A DNA stretch of 64,000 bases from Macrostomum lignano (Eukaryota): contig NIVC01000100.1 of NCBI GenBank assembly GCA_002269645.1, positions 806,001 through 870,000 of the forward strand, written 5' to 3'. Of the stretch, positions 43,654-55,031 are shown piece after piece. Each line of letters begins with the position of its first letter. Positions within the stretch are counted from its first letter, which is position 1. The notes under the pieces were generated by a model, which ran no database searches, had not been told where the DNA came from, and saw only the letters and a list, made by a program, of their open reading frames with translations. The position numbers and the translations under genes were made by a program.

Positions 43654-43920
43654 GGGGCCGTAGCTTAGTGGTCTAGCGCGGCGCTCTAATGTGCCAGCGG
43701 CCCAGGCTCGATTCCAAGTGCAGTTGCATTAATTTGAGGCTAAATTGGAATCTCGGCTCGGCTTTGCTTGTGCAATTAACGCCCTTGAAGGCCAACCCCC
43801 AAGGCACAGTGAAGTGTACATGTATGCCTGACGAAAGTAATAAAAATAAAGTCAGGGCCGCTGTACACTCCTGTGTGAGTGCGTGCCTGTGTGTATGACT
43901 GCGTACGTTTAATAAAACAT
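43654..43920 (+). mobile_element. Second tRNA-derived SINE family
   Basis: tRNA-like head (A box TAGCTTAGTGG, B-box-like GGCTCGATTCC) with no acceptor-stem pairing, followed by a unique body and an A/T-rich tail. Confidence 0.55.
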
Positions 43921-44629
43921 TAAAAGTCATTTTAACGGCATATTTTTTAGCCTAGATGGCTGGATAAATTGGCAAGTGATCCAATAAACTAAAAATGACC
44001 ACGTCTCGCTTTTGACAAATCTGTTTTTGGTCAACTCATTAACGCAATCAACGCAGCTACATCAAACGTGATCATTTGTTTCCATTTTTGTTTGTCAAGA
44101 AGATTTGACTACTTCCTATTCTAATTGACTTATTGCATAGGCTTTGAAGGCTTATGCCTCAATATGAATGATTCAAAGCCTTAATTGTCAACGGGAAGCA
44201 TTGAACTCGCATTAAAAAGCAATTGGATGAAAAAACAAATATAGATGCAAAATTGCTCAAAAATTATTCTCAAAGCCGTGCTAGAATCTACCTTTACTCC
44301 TCTTTTCCCACTCTTCTCCCTCCTCCTCTCGCTGCGGCCACTCAGAGACGACTCACCGTACAAAACAAAAGCATGAGATGCTATACCCAGAGCTCTTCAG
44401 TTGGAAGTACAATAGCCGTGTGGTTGCAGCTTCTGCAAGCACCACCTATTCATATTGGCAAGTAGCAGGCGGTTTGCCACTGAGCTGCTTGCCATCTGCG
44501 TACAATACTACAATCTCAAGGGTAAACTTCTTTATAGGTTTTCTTGAAGTATCTTTTCAACTAGAATAAAACGAGGAGCTACGCTCGTATCTCCGTATTA
44601 ACAGCAAGCAAAAAAGATTCTCCAACCTT

Positions 44630-46033
44630 ATGGCGGATCTAACGAAGTTTGATCAGAGCCTGGTGGCTGAATATCGAGAAGCATTTGCTTTGTTTGACAA
44701 AGACGGTGAGTAAGCGGTTAAAGCCTTTTGCCATTTTGTGTATGTATACAGTGGCTAGTGGTCACATTGTTGCTGGATGTACAATTGTACAAACAATAAA
44801 GTACGCGGAGATTCTAAAGTAGTGTCGCAAGGTGCGTCAACCTCCGTAGAAGCAGCGATCTATTAGAAGTCATTCGGCACTCATAACGGCATTGTCGTTC
44901 ACTTAGCAGTAACGAAAAGGAAACTTTCTAGTTAGCGTAGGGTACCATCGATGGACTAAAGGACATCATGGACACGAGAATCTGCCACCGGGTAGCCTCA
45001 GCAATTATTCCGGTCACCAGGTTTTCTTGTCAATGCAGTATTTGATAGCTGGCATTGATATTTAAATAGTTTCTTTGTTAAAGTTGGATTCCCAGAGATG
45101 CACTTTATAAACGTATAAAAAATAATTTCATAAAAATGCAATTTTTACAGGGGACGGTTGTATAACTACAAAAGAACTGGGACGAGTGATGAAGTCTCTT
45201 GGTCAGAATCCGACCGATGCTCAACTTCAGGTAAGATCTCTAACATAACTTATGAAAAATAGACTTGGCACAGCAAATATCGTGATGGTGCCTCTATTTT
45301 ATGTTCTTTCTCGAGCAAATAGAGAAGCAGCCATGCCCATTTCGTTGACCCCTAAGCACGGAGACGCAAAATGGGTACATGTACGCACGCACTCACAAGT
45401 GGTTGGGGAAGTACGTGTACCTACTTTGTACCATGGCATTGGCCCTCATTGTTGAGGCCTCGAACGAAATATAACGCAAGTACTTTGCCGTTACAGTCCG
45501 ATTCTCCATTTACCCAACGGATCAGCAAAATAATTTTAAGCCATTGGTACAGTATTCTTTGAATATAGTCCTATCTAAACATTCCATTTTTGACAGGACA
45601 TGGTCAGCGAAGTTGATACAGACGGTAACGGCTCCATAGAATTCTCCGAGTTTGTTAACATGATGGAGAAGCGAAAAACGGAAGATGAGTTTGTCGCTGA
45701 AATCGAAGCAACGTTTAAAGTATTCGACCGGGATCAGGATGGGTAAGACCGAAGGAAGAGCTGCTAGTTAATGAGTCCCTTTTTGCGGAGTGCTATTGAT
45801 AACAGGTTTAGCAATCAAACCTTTTAAAACATGCGAAAAAAATTTCAAAAAATTTCAGATTTATTGGTCCAGCAGAGTTGCGTCACGTGCTTGGCAATTT
45901 AGGCGTGAAAATAACCGAACAGGAGGCGGCGGACATGATCGCCGAGGCGGATTATAACAAAGATGGAGTGGTGGACTTCGACGAATTTTATAAAATGATG
46001 AAAAAGAGAAACCCACCAAAGCTGAGAAGATGA
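44630..46033 (+). CDS. Calmodulin-like EF-hand protein, 158 aa, 4 exons
   Basis: Exons 44630-44705, 45151-45230, 45597-45742, 45859-46033 join in frame. Four EF loops: [48 protein letters not shown]. Confidence 0.92.
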
Positions 46034-46966
46034 GAATGAAGCCAAGCAACTTGTATAATAATTGTAGAAGCTTATATTCAATTAGATTTTTAGATCAGAG
46101 GAGGTTTAAATGTCTGTCGAGCGCATGCTAAAAGTAATTTAGCATTTGCTAGTTTTATTGAAACGTTCATTCATAGTATCAAGACTCAAAAGAGTTCAAT
46201 TTAAAAGTTAGAAGTAAAAGTACGAGCTAATACCTTTAAGGTCCCTAATGAACTCATGAAGTATTGCAAAGGATCTTTCTCTATAAATATATGAAAATTA
46301 AATTGTAAAAGCAGACCGCTAAAACTGCTTGCTACTTGCTTTGCTTGAACAACGACCTTATCCAATTCTATGAACTCCTCATTTTGGCATACAATATGCT
46401 CTACTTTTCAAATCACAGTGCTGATCTCAGCATGCCAAAATTTGTACAGACTACAGTTCCGATAGAAGATTCAAACACAAGAAATCAGTTTTGAAAACGC
46501 TGTAAGAATTCCACTTTACAAAGACAAGAATTTTCGTTTTATTTTGAAAAAGACGAGTGATTTGATAAATGTACGTCCGATGGTAGAGGTAAAGCGTTAG
46601 CGATACTTTATCATTTTCTACTAGCTCGTAATACTGCCACAAAACTGCATCCGTAAAAATTTGGATGAAATGTACCCAGAACGTTTTTAGTTGGATATCT
46701 GAATAATACACGAACCTGTAAATACGATATTTAGAATTTTATTACATAGACCGCTGTCTTTACAGGTGAAAATATAGATAGAAAATGAACAGAAAGAGTT
46801 TTGCGAAAACTACTGCTAGTAGTATCGTGAGTAAATATCTTACTAATTAAAACCGCAGAAATTTAGTGATCGGAAAAGATAAAAATATTATTGACGAAAC
46901 CGTTTTCAAAATTCCTTTCTAATCGTTTCCAACATACTCAAATCAAAAAACCACCGCGTCTGTCCC

Positions 46967-49942
46967 TTAACGCAGTGAATTTTCGGAGAGCCACTGGACA
47001 AGCGGCAGCAAACTTCTCTCCATCCACCCGATATTGATGCGCACGCTCTCAATTGCGCGGTCCATAGCTACAGAAGCCGCTCCCAAAGTATCCTTGTGCT
47101 GCAACTTAAACGCTTCCATTTCTCGCAACTTTTGCTCTGAGTTAAATTCAGCAAGATTGTTAATAATATACTTGGCGGTAAAGACACCAACCCCTTTGTC
47201 CACTATCGTATTCCAGTTGCGCTGCAGGTAGTCCCACATTATTTGAAGACCGTTCGGATTAGCAGCAACACTTGAAAATACAGTCGATAAGTCCTGTCCT
47301 CTGATTTTGGTCTCGTCCAGAGCGTAGTCCAGGTACCGGTTGAGAATCCACGGCTCGTTGGTGCACGCCAGACTTCGGATGATGTCGTTCTGAGTTCCCG
47401 GGTGAGCCACGGTTTTGCTGAACTCGAATAGACGGTCCCACTCAGCAACAAATGAAGTGGCCACTCCTTCGCACAGGACCCTCCGTCGGATGTCGGGCGT
47501 GATTGTCGATGTGAAAGACGAGTTTACGAACTCTTCGAACTTGTTTGTTGCAGCCGTTTCACAGCTTCTCAGACGGTACAAACAGGCCGACGACACGATG
47601 AGGCCTCGCTTCAGCTTAGTCAAGTGGGTGTCCGTGTCCTTGTTGTCAAGTCCGACATCGTTGAAGGCTCCCTCGAGTAGGTCTCGCATATACGCACTCA
47701 GCGGTCCGTACTCGGGAGACTGTCGGTGGAGCATTGAGTGCAGGTAGCCGATCTTCGACAGAGCAGACGACCACGGAACATAGTGCGTCTCGCTCTTCAA
47801 GTACTTGGTCATGTTGAGCGGAATGCTGTAGTCCAGATAGCCAGCACTGGCCAGAGCGAAGCTGTCATCGAGCAGACGAGCCCTGTCTTGCGGACTGAAC
47901 ACCGTGTGATTCGAGACCAGCTGATCGATGAGTCGCTTCCAGTTGTCCAAGTCGTAGTTCACTCTGTAGAAGCCGGACGAGCGAAGGTTGAGCAGATACC
48001 AGTCGTCAGCAGAGTTGTCGAGTTCGAAGGACTGCTCCTTCTCGTTCATCCAGTTTACGAAGCCTGACACGTCCTCAGGAGTTCCCGAGGAGAGGTTCTG
48101 CTTGGTTCCCATGGTGACAGGGATGATCCACGTGTAGTTGTAGTCGCTCGGGTAGCTCGGAACTTGACTGGGGTCACTGAGAAAGTGATTCTGCGTCAGT
48201 GTGAGACGTCGAGCCGCAGTCGAGACGGAACAGTTGAGCACGGGGTAGCCCATCTGGTTGATCCAGCGATCCATCACTGAGCCGACGTCGAGAGACTTGT
48301 TTGTGGACTCGAAGTACTGCTGGGTCAGACTGTCATAGAGAGCGGTGTGGAATGTGTTTCCGTAGCTGTTCTGACGCAAGTAGTTTCCGACACCTTTGCG
48401 GAAGACCTCGTCACCGACAAAGCCGTGAAGCATGCGTAGAACGGAGGCTCCTTTTCTGTACGTGATCGTGTCGAAGATCGCATTTATCTGATTAGGGGTG
48501 TACACTTCAACGTAAATAGGCCGACTGGCCCCTTTCGAATCAACGTCGAACGCTAATTGTTGCTGCGTCGTCACAAATTGGGCATCCATCTCCCAGTCTG
48601 GATGAAGATTATCTACCCCAAGGTTCAAAGTGAAGCTTGCAAATCCTTCATTGAGCCAAAGATCGTCCCACCATTCTGGAGTCACTAGGTTTCCGAACCA
48701 CATGTGGACGACCTCATGGCTAACGACGCTGCCAATGGACTGAAGTACAGCACTCGTGTCTTTGGTGCTATTGAATACGAGTCGAGCTTCCCGGTAAAGT
48801 ATAAGACCCCAGTTTTCCATTGCACCTGCATCAAAATCTGGAACAGCAGATTGGTCTATTTTGCTTAGAAGATGCGTAATATTGAAGTAGGACTCAAAAT
48901 ACAACGTGAGGTTTTTCACCGCAACAAGTGAATAGTTAGTCTGCTGTACAAGCTCCGGGCGGGCCCAGTTGCGATAAGAACGCATCTGGCTGTCTTCGTC
49001 GGAAATGCTTTCAAACTGAGCAACTAGAAAAGCAGTCAGATACGTCGACATATTGGGTGTTGTCTCAAAGTCTTCTTTAACAAATTGATGAGACTGATTT
49101 GCTGATGTAAACCAGTCATTTCCTGATACAGTCTCATTCTTTTTCGATGGCATGTTGGAAAATGACTTGTAGTCGATACGCCTTACCAGGCTCAAGTCGA
49201 ATGTCGCTTTCATTCCAGGTTCGTCAAAACACGGAAAAGTCTTTCTCGCATCTGTAGGTTGCATTTGTGATGCAACTAAATATTTTGTCTCTCCATTTTC
49301 CTCATACAGGCTGAAGTAGAGACCAACCAAATCCCTTCTCAACGGAGCCTTAAATCGGAGAATCTCTATCGAGACGTCGCTGCTGTTTGTAGGAAGCGAC
49401 TCGCTCAGATCGATGCTGTACCACTCACGATCTTTGTCATACACACAGCTGTCGACGGTGTAGTTTTTGTTTGATGTAGAGTTGTAAACCCGAATGTCCG
49501 GAGCCGTTAGCGGGATCTTCATCGCATGCAGCTTGATGTTGCTGGTTGATTCGTTGATGCTGAGCCTCACCTTCATGGAGCCGGTAAAGTAGAACTCCGA
49601 CGCGTTGTTACCGTAGATGTAGGGCGCCAGAGTGACGGTGTAGTGCAGCGGTTTCACTCCGTTCGGCAGTCGGACGTCCGTAACGAGCGGCGGCGCCGTC
49701 GTGGGTCCAGCAGTTGACGTCAAAGTCGTAGCGGGTGGCGCCGCGGTCGGAGGAGGGTAAGGGTCGCATTTCGGAGCCGTGAAGTGTACGATGAGGCCTA
49801 CCGCCACGACGGAGCCTGCAAAGACGAGTGCCAGCGCGACAAGGATAGGTACGGTGAGGAAGAGGCCTCTCTTGCCAGAGCCACCGTCCCCACCGAAGCT
49901 CACGCTGCTGTCGGAGCCTTTGTACATAGCGTAGCCGCCCAT
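46967..49942 (-). CDS. M1 zinc aminopeptidase (aminopeptidase N-like), copy 1, 991 aa, single coding exon
   Basis: Type II TM anchor, Thr/Pro stalk, GAMEN, HEVVH-x18-E (WLNEG), C-terminal ERAP1_C-like region. Confidence 0.96.
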   Translation of the reverse strand: MGGYAMYKGSDSSVSFGGDGGSGKRGLFLTVPILVALALVFAGSVVAVGLIVHFTAPKCDPYPPPTAAPPATTLTSTAGPTTAPPLVTDVRLPNGVKPLHYTVTLAPYIYGNNASEFYFTGSMKVRLSINESTSNIKLHAMKIPLTAPDIRVYNSTSNKNYTVDSCVYDKDREWYSIDLSESLPTNSSDVSIEILRFKAPLRRDLVGLYFSLYEENGETKYLVASQMQPTDARKTFPCFDEPGMKATFDLSLVRRIDYKSFSNMPSKKNETVSGNDWFTSANQSHQFVKEDFETTPNMSTYLTAFLVAQFESISDEDSQMRSYRNWARPELVQQTNYSLVAVKNLTLYFESYFNITHLLSKIDQSAVPDFDAGAMENWGLILYREARLVFNSTKDTSAVLQSIGSVVSHEVVHMWFGNLVTPEWWDDLWLNEGFASFTLNLGVDNLHPDWEMDAQFVTTQQQLAFDVDSKGASRPIYVEVYTPNQINAIFDTITYRKGASVLRMLHGFVGDEVFRKGVGNYLRQNSYGNTFHTALYDSLTQQYFESTNKSLDVGSVMDRWINQMGYPVLNCSVSTAARRLTLTQNHFLSDPSQVPSYPSDYNYTWIIPVTMGTKQNLSSGTPEDVSGFVNWMNEKEQSFELDNSADDWYLLNLRSSGFYRVNYDLDNWKRLIDQLVSNHTVFSPQDRARLLDDSFALASAGYLDYSIPLNMTKYLKSETHYVPWSSALSKIGYLHSMLHRQSPEYGPLSAYMRDLLEGAFNDVGLDNKDTDTHLTKLKRGLIVSSACLYRLRSCETAATNKFEEFVNSSFTSTITPDIRRRVLCEGVATSFVAEWDRLFEFSKTVAHPGTQNDIIRSLACTNEPWILNRYLDYALDETKIRGQDLSTVFSSVAANPNGLQIMWDYLQRNWNTIVDKGVGVFTAKYIINNLAEFNSEQKLREMEAFKLQHKDTLGAASVAMDRAIESVRINIGWMERSLLPLVQWLSENSLR

Positions 49943-52049
49943 CTCTACTTCTTAAATACTGTTAATCAGAAGTAGGGGTATTTTTCTTTCTTCTTTGGGT
50001 TGGTTTTTTTGCTTTTATATATGTATAGTCTTAAACGTCGTAAAGGTCGTAAGGCATGAGGCTTTTAAATGAATAATTGCGCTTTGACGAGGTTTCTGCG
50101 TGATAAATATGCGATTTTTATTAAACTCCAATGTTAGTAAGTAGACCTTATCCGTCGTTTTGGGTGAGCGACGCAATTTTTTCCTATCTGATTCGCTTCG
50201 TTTGCGATAGCTGGCCATTTGCAAATATTGCAACTCTCAGCGATTGGGGCTGAAGATTTCATATTCTTGTAGGTCTAGGGAGGCGCTCAAAATTAGCATG
50301 CTCGCTACATTTCTTTATCATTCGCTAATTTATTGCAGGCAGATTTTGTTTAGTTTTAGCCACGCATCTTTTAGGCTCTTGCTGGCTGTAAATCTTAAAG
50401 CAAATTTTCTGCTATGAGCTTGAAACTGTGCTTAAGCAAAAATGCGTGTTTAATAGGTTTTATTTTAAATACAAATTCTTGAATAACATATCCTGCACGA
50501 TAAGGATGTATGTCTTTTTCATTTAGTTGAACAGTTTAAGAGCTTTTTATTTTAGTCTGGAGCAAAGTTTAATTTTTATCTATGCAGGCAGGCACTGTTT
50601 TCTTTTTTTTCATAATTAAGTTAACCAAGTTAAATTCAGCAGTCAAATTCACAGACTTTTTCAGTGAAATTTGACTTTCACAGATTGCTTAAGCGTAAGA
50701 TAAGACCAAGAGCATAATTTCTGTTGACCATATTGTTTGAACAATCTATTAGCAGACACTCGCTAATTGACGTTTTAAATTGATTCCAATACGGTAGGTA
50801 TGTACAGTAGTTTTATCAGTGCTAGAGATCTGTGTGAGCTGCCAAGTAACTGAAAGCTTGAGCGAGGTCAGAAAAGAAAGTCGTATTATGTTTGTCTACG
50901 GTTAAGGTAGTTTTTTTTATTTGCGAATCCTTCTGCTTTATTGTTTTCCTATTTTGTTAAGATAAAACTTCTGAGCCACCCAATTTTTAGGAGTAAATAT
51001 TTTTCGTTGAATAAAGTAAAAAAAACCCGGAAATTCCTTTTGGATCATGTGGAAGTATAAAGTGGAGGTAGCTAACAAGCCTTTTGGTTTCGCTAGTTAA
51101 ATGAACTAGTAACGACCGAAACTGTCCAAAATTTTTCCAGTCTTAAGAAATATTCCTAAAAAATTTTCTAGGATAGTTGATTAACGTTTGCTTCTAAATT
51201 GTTGCGGTAGTGCTTACGAAAATGGAAATAAATGACTAATGGTAACAATATTGTTCAGTACGTAGCGACTTCAGTCAAGCGCAAGAAAGATGCTACAACC
51301 AAAATATTTACGTACTTTTCGGTAAAGCAAAGTGGCAATGTAAATTTCAAGTGTTAGTAGTATATATGGCGTCGTAATGGTGCCATTCGGTCATTCCGCA
51401 GTCACAATTATTGAATTTTGCGTTGTAGAGTCGCCAAAGTCGGCTTCTGGAGTGCCGTAAATTTTATCAGCATATATGACGCAAAGCTCATAAATATAGC
51501 GTACATGTTTAGAGTTAAATTATTAGCCGGTACATCTAACTAACGCCAATGACTAACAATACCATCTCCAAAGAAGCCGGCCGCCGTCATTAGATCCGGT
51601 ATCTTTTGCTCACCCTAAGTACACTCGTTTAGGCAATGCCTAACTTTTCAGTCATACTATATTTCGTTTATTTAAAAATATATATTTGTTCATTTGTTTA
51701 TAACCCTCGTGATTCAGTAGTAGCGGAACAAGAGTTCTTAAGTGCTTGGTACGTATAGTTTTATATAGGCATATGGTTGGTAGTACCATTGTAAATTGAA
51801 ACAAAAAGTGATTTCAGTTTTCTAGGGAAAGTTTTTTTATAGAAGAGCCATTCCATTAAAAGCGCAAAATGAGTTATACGTATTAAAATAGTTGTCTAAT
51901 AGGAATGTTTTTTTCAATCTGTTAATAAAAATTCAAAACTATTGTTTTAAAGCAACTACTTATTTAATGTCAGTTGCAGTACTAAAAAAACAGGAATGGA
52001 ATAGTAAATATTCAAAAAGTTGTTAATTATTCCAACTAGACAAAACTAG

Positions 52050-55031
52050 TTATTGTATGTATTTACCAATTTCAGACAGCCAGGACCTTACCACAGGCAA
52101 ATTGGTCTTCATCCATCTGATATTGATGCGCACGCTCTCAAGAGCTAAATTGAAAGCTCTATCGACACTGCCCAATGACTCCTTGTGCTGCACTTTAAAA
52201 TTCTCCATTTCTTTAAACTTTTGCTCAGAGTTAAAAGCAGCTAAATTTTGAACAATGTATGGTAACGTGAAAGAACCAACACTTTTGTTCAATATCGTAT
52301 TCAAGTTGCGCTGCAGGTAGTCCCACATTATTTGAAGACCGTTTCGATTCGACGCAACACTAGAAAATACAGTCGATAGGTCCTGTCCTCTGATTTTGTT
52401 CTCGTCCAGAGCGTAGTCCAGGTACCGGTTGAGAATCCACGGCTCGCTGGTGCAGGCCAGACTGCGGATAATGTCGTTCTGAGTTCCCGGGTGAGCAACG
52501 GTCTTGCTGTACTCGAACAGACGGTCCCACACGACAACAAATGAAGTGGCCACTCCTTCGCACAGGACCCTCCGTCGGATGTCGGGCGTGATTGTCGATG
52601 TGAAAGACGAGTTTACGAACTCTTCGAACTTGTTTGTTGCAGCCGTTTCACAGCTTCTCAGACGGTACAAACAGGCCGACGACACAATGAGGCCTCGCTT
52701 CAGCTTAGTCAGGTGGGTGTCCGTGTCCTTGTTGTCAAGTCCGACATCGTTGAAGGCTCCCTCGAGTAGGTCTCGCATATACGCACTCAGCGGTCCGTAC
52801 TCGGGAGACTGTCGGTGGAGCATTGAGTGCAGGTAGCCGATCTTCGACAGAGCAGACGACCACGGAACATAGTGCGTCTCCTTCTTCAAGTACCTGGTCA
52901 TGTTGAGCGGAATGCTGTAGTCCAGATAGCCAGCACTGGCCAGAGCGAAGCTGTCATCGAGCAGACGAGCCCTGTCCTGCGGACTGAACACCGTGTGATT
53001 CGAGACCAGCTGATCGATGAGTCGCTTCCAGTTATCCAAGTCGTAGTTCACTCTGTAGAAGCCGGACGAGCGAAGGTTGAGCAGATACCAGTCGTCAGCC
53101 AAGATGTCGAGTTCGAAGGACTGCTCCGTCTCGTTCATCCAGTTTACGAAGCCCGACACGTCCTCAGGAGTTCCCGAGGTGAGGTTCTGTTTGGTTCCCA
53201 TGGTGACAGGGATGATCCACGTGTAGTTGTAGTCGCTCGGGTAGCTCGGAACTTGACTGGGGTCACTGAGAAAGTGATTCTGCGTCAGTGTGAGACGTCG
53301 AGCCGCAGTCGAGACGGAACAGTTGAGCACGGGGTAGCCCATCTGGTTGATCCAGCGATCCATCACTGAGCCGACGTCGAGAGACTTGTTTGTGGACTCG
53401 AAGTACTGCTGGGTCAGACTGTCATAGAGAGCGGTGTGGAATGTGTTTCCGTAGCTGTTCTGACGCAGGTAGTTTCCGACACCTTTGCGAAAGACCTCGT
53501 CACCGACAAAGCCGTGAAGCATGCGGAGAATTGTAGCTCCTTTGTAGTATGTGATGAAGTCAAATATTTCGTTTATTTGAGCTGCGTTATAGACTCGTAC
53601 ATAAATTGGATGACTTGATCCTTTTGAATCGACATCAAAGGCGATCTGTTGTTTTGAAGCAACGAACTGGACGTCAATTTCCCAGTCTAGATGTAAATTT
53701 ATCACTCCTAATGTCTCAGCAAAGCTGGCAAATCCTTCATTAAGCCAAAGATCGTCCCACCATTCAGGAGTGACCAAGTTTCCAAACCACATATGGGCCA
53801 TTTCATGGATTACAACCATTCCAATAAGCTGATATGCATTTGTGGTGTCATTCAATGAATTAAAGACGAGGAGTTCTTCCCGATAGATAATGAGCCCCCA
53901 GTTTTCCATTGCGCCAGCGTTGAAATCGGGTACTGCAGCCTGGTCAGTCTTGTTCAGTGGATACGGCACATTAAAATACGACTCGAAGTACTCCGTAATG
54001 TTCCTTACTACGTCAAGTGAGTAATCGGTCTGGTTCACGAACTCAGGTCGAGCCCAGTTTCGATATTCTCTCCCCTGGGTGTCCATGTCTCTGATGTGCT
54101 CAAACTGAGACACGATGAACGCCAGAAGGTACGTGGACATGATCGGAGTGGTCTCGAAGTCCTCCTTCACCAGCTGTTCTGAGTCAGTCATCTCGCTGAA
54201 CCATGTCGAAGCACTCACGTTCGTAGTACGAATGGACGGCATGTTGCTTATCGAAATGTAGTCCGAACGCCTCACAAGACTCACATCGAATATGGCCTTG
54301 AATGCTGGCTCGTCGAAACATGGAAACGTCTTTCTCGCGTCAGTTGGTTGCAGCTGTGACGTGGCCAAGTATTTGGTAGTTCCGTTCTTGATGTACGAGC
54401 TTAGATACAAACCTCGAAGATCAGATCGAAGCGGAGCTCTGAACCGGGCAATTTCAATTACGACGTCGGTGCAGTTCGCTAGAAGCGACTCGCTCAGCTC
54501 GATGCTGTACCACTGGCGATCTTTGTCGTACAAACAGCTGACGATGGTGTAGTTCTTATTTGATGTACGGTTAAAAACACGAATGTCCGCAGCCGTGAGC
54601 GGGATCTTTGTCGAATGCAGCTTGACGTTGTTGGTTGATTCGTTGATGCTGATTCTCACCTGAATGTAGCCGGTAAAGTAGAACTCTGACGCGTTGATGC
54701 CGTAGATGTAAGGAGCTAGAGTGACGGTGTAGTGTAGCGGCTTTACTCCAGTCGGCAGTCGGACGTCTGTGACGAGCGGCGGCGCCGTCGTTGGTCCAGC
54801 AGTTGGCGCCAAAGTTGTAGCGGGTGGCGCCGCGGTCGGAGAAGGGTAAGGGTCGCATTTCGGAGCCGTGAAGTGTACGATGAGGCCCACCGCCACAACG
54901 GACGCAGAGAAGACGAGCGCGAGCGCGACAATATTAGTCACGGTGAGAAAGAGTCCTTTTTTAACGGATTCTGTATTTCCATGAATGTCAACACTGCTGT
55001 CTGAGTTTTTGTAGTCAGCGTATGCATCCAT
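52050..55031 (-). CDS. M1 zinc aminopeptidase (aminopeptidase N-like), copy 2, single coding exon
   Basis: GAMEN, HEMAH-x18-E. Start placed at ATG 55031 (MDAYADYK, homologous to copy 1 MGGYAMYK); in-frame ATGs at 55067 and 55070 are alternatives, and the track's GTG start at 55193 is unlikely. Confidence 0.95.
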   Translation of the reverse strand: MDAYADYKNSDSSVDIHGNTESVKKGLFLTVTNIVALALVFSASVVAVGLIVHFTAPKCDPYPSPTAAPPATTLAPTAGPTTAPPLVTDVRLPTGVKPLHYTVTLAPYIYGINASEFYFTGYIQVRISINESTNNVKLHSTKIPLTAADIRVFNRTSNKNYTIVSCLYDKDRQWYSIELSESLLANCTDVVIEIARFRAPLRSDLRGLYLSSYIKNGTTKYLATSQLQPTDARKTFPCFDEPAFKAIFDVSLVRRSDYISISNMPSIRTTNVSASTWFSEMTDSEQLVKEDFETTPIMSTYLLAFIVSQFEHIRDMDTQGREYRNWARPEFVNQTDYSLDVVRNITEYFESYFNVPYPLNKTDQAAVPDFNAGAMENWGLIIYREELLVFNSLNDTTNAYQLIGMVVIHEMAHMWFGNLVTPEWWDDLWLNEGFASFAETLGVINLHLDWEIDVQFVASKQQIAFDVDSKGSSHPIYVRVYNAAQINEIFDFITYYKGATILRMLHGFVGDEVFRKGVGNYLRQNSYGNTFHTALYDSLTQQYFESTNKSLDVGSVMDRWINQMGYPVLNCSVSTAARRLTLTQNHFLSDPSQVPSYPSDYNYTWIIPVTMGTKQNLTSGTPEDVSGFVNWMNETEQSFELDILADDWYLLNLRSSGFYRVNYDLDNWKRLIDQLVSNHTVFSPQDRARLLDDSFALASAGYLDYSIPLNMTRYLKKETHYVPWSSALSKIGYLHSMLHRQSPEYGPLSAYMRDLLEGAFNDVGLDNKDTDTHLTKLKRGLIVSSACLYRLRSCETAATNKFEEFVNSSFTSTITPDIRRRVLCEGVATSFVVVWDRLFEYSKTVAHPGTQNDIIRSLACTSEPWILNRYLDYALDENKIRGQDLSTVFSSVASNRNGLQIMWDYLQRNLNTILNKSVGSFTLPYIVQNLAAFNSEQKFKEMENFKVQHKESLGSVDRAFNLALESVRINIRWMKTNLPVVRSWLSEIGKYIQ

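Noticed and set aside
43654-43730. tRNA gene
   Set aside because: No acceptor-stem pairing or clear anticodon arm; it continues into a SINE-like body.
47415-47747. Conserved 110-aa antisense ORF present in all three aminopeptidase genes (also 52504 and 63319)
   Set aside because: Conservation is explained by the near-identical tract of the sense genes; there is no independent coding evidence.
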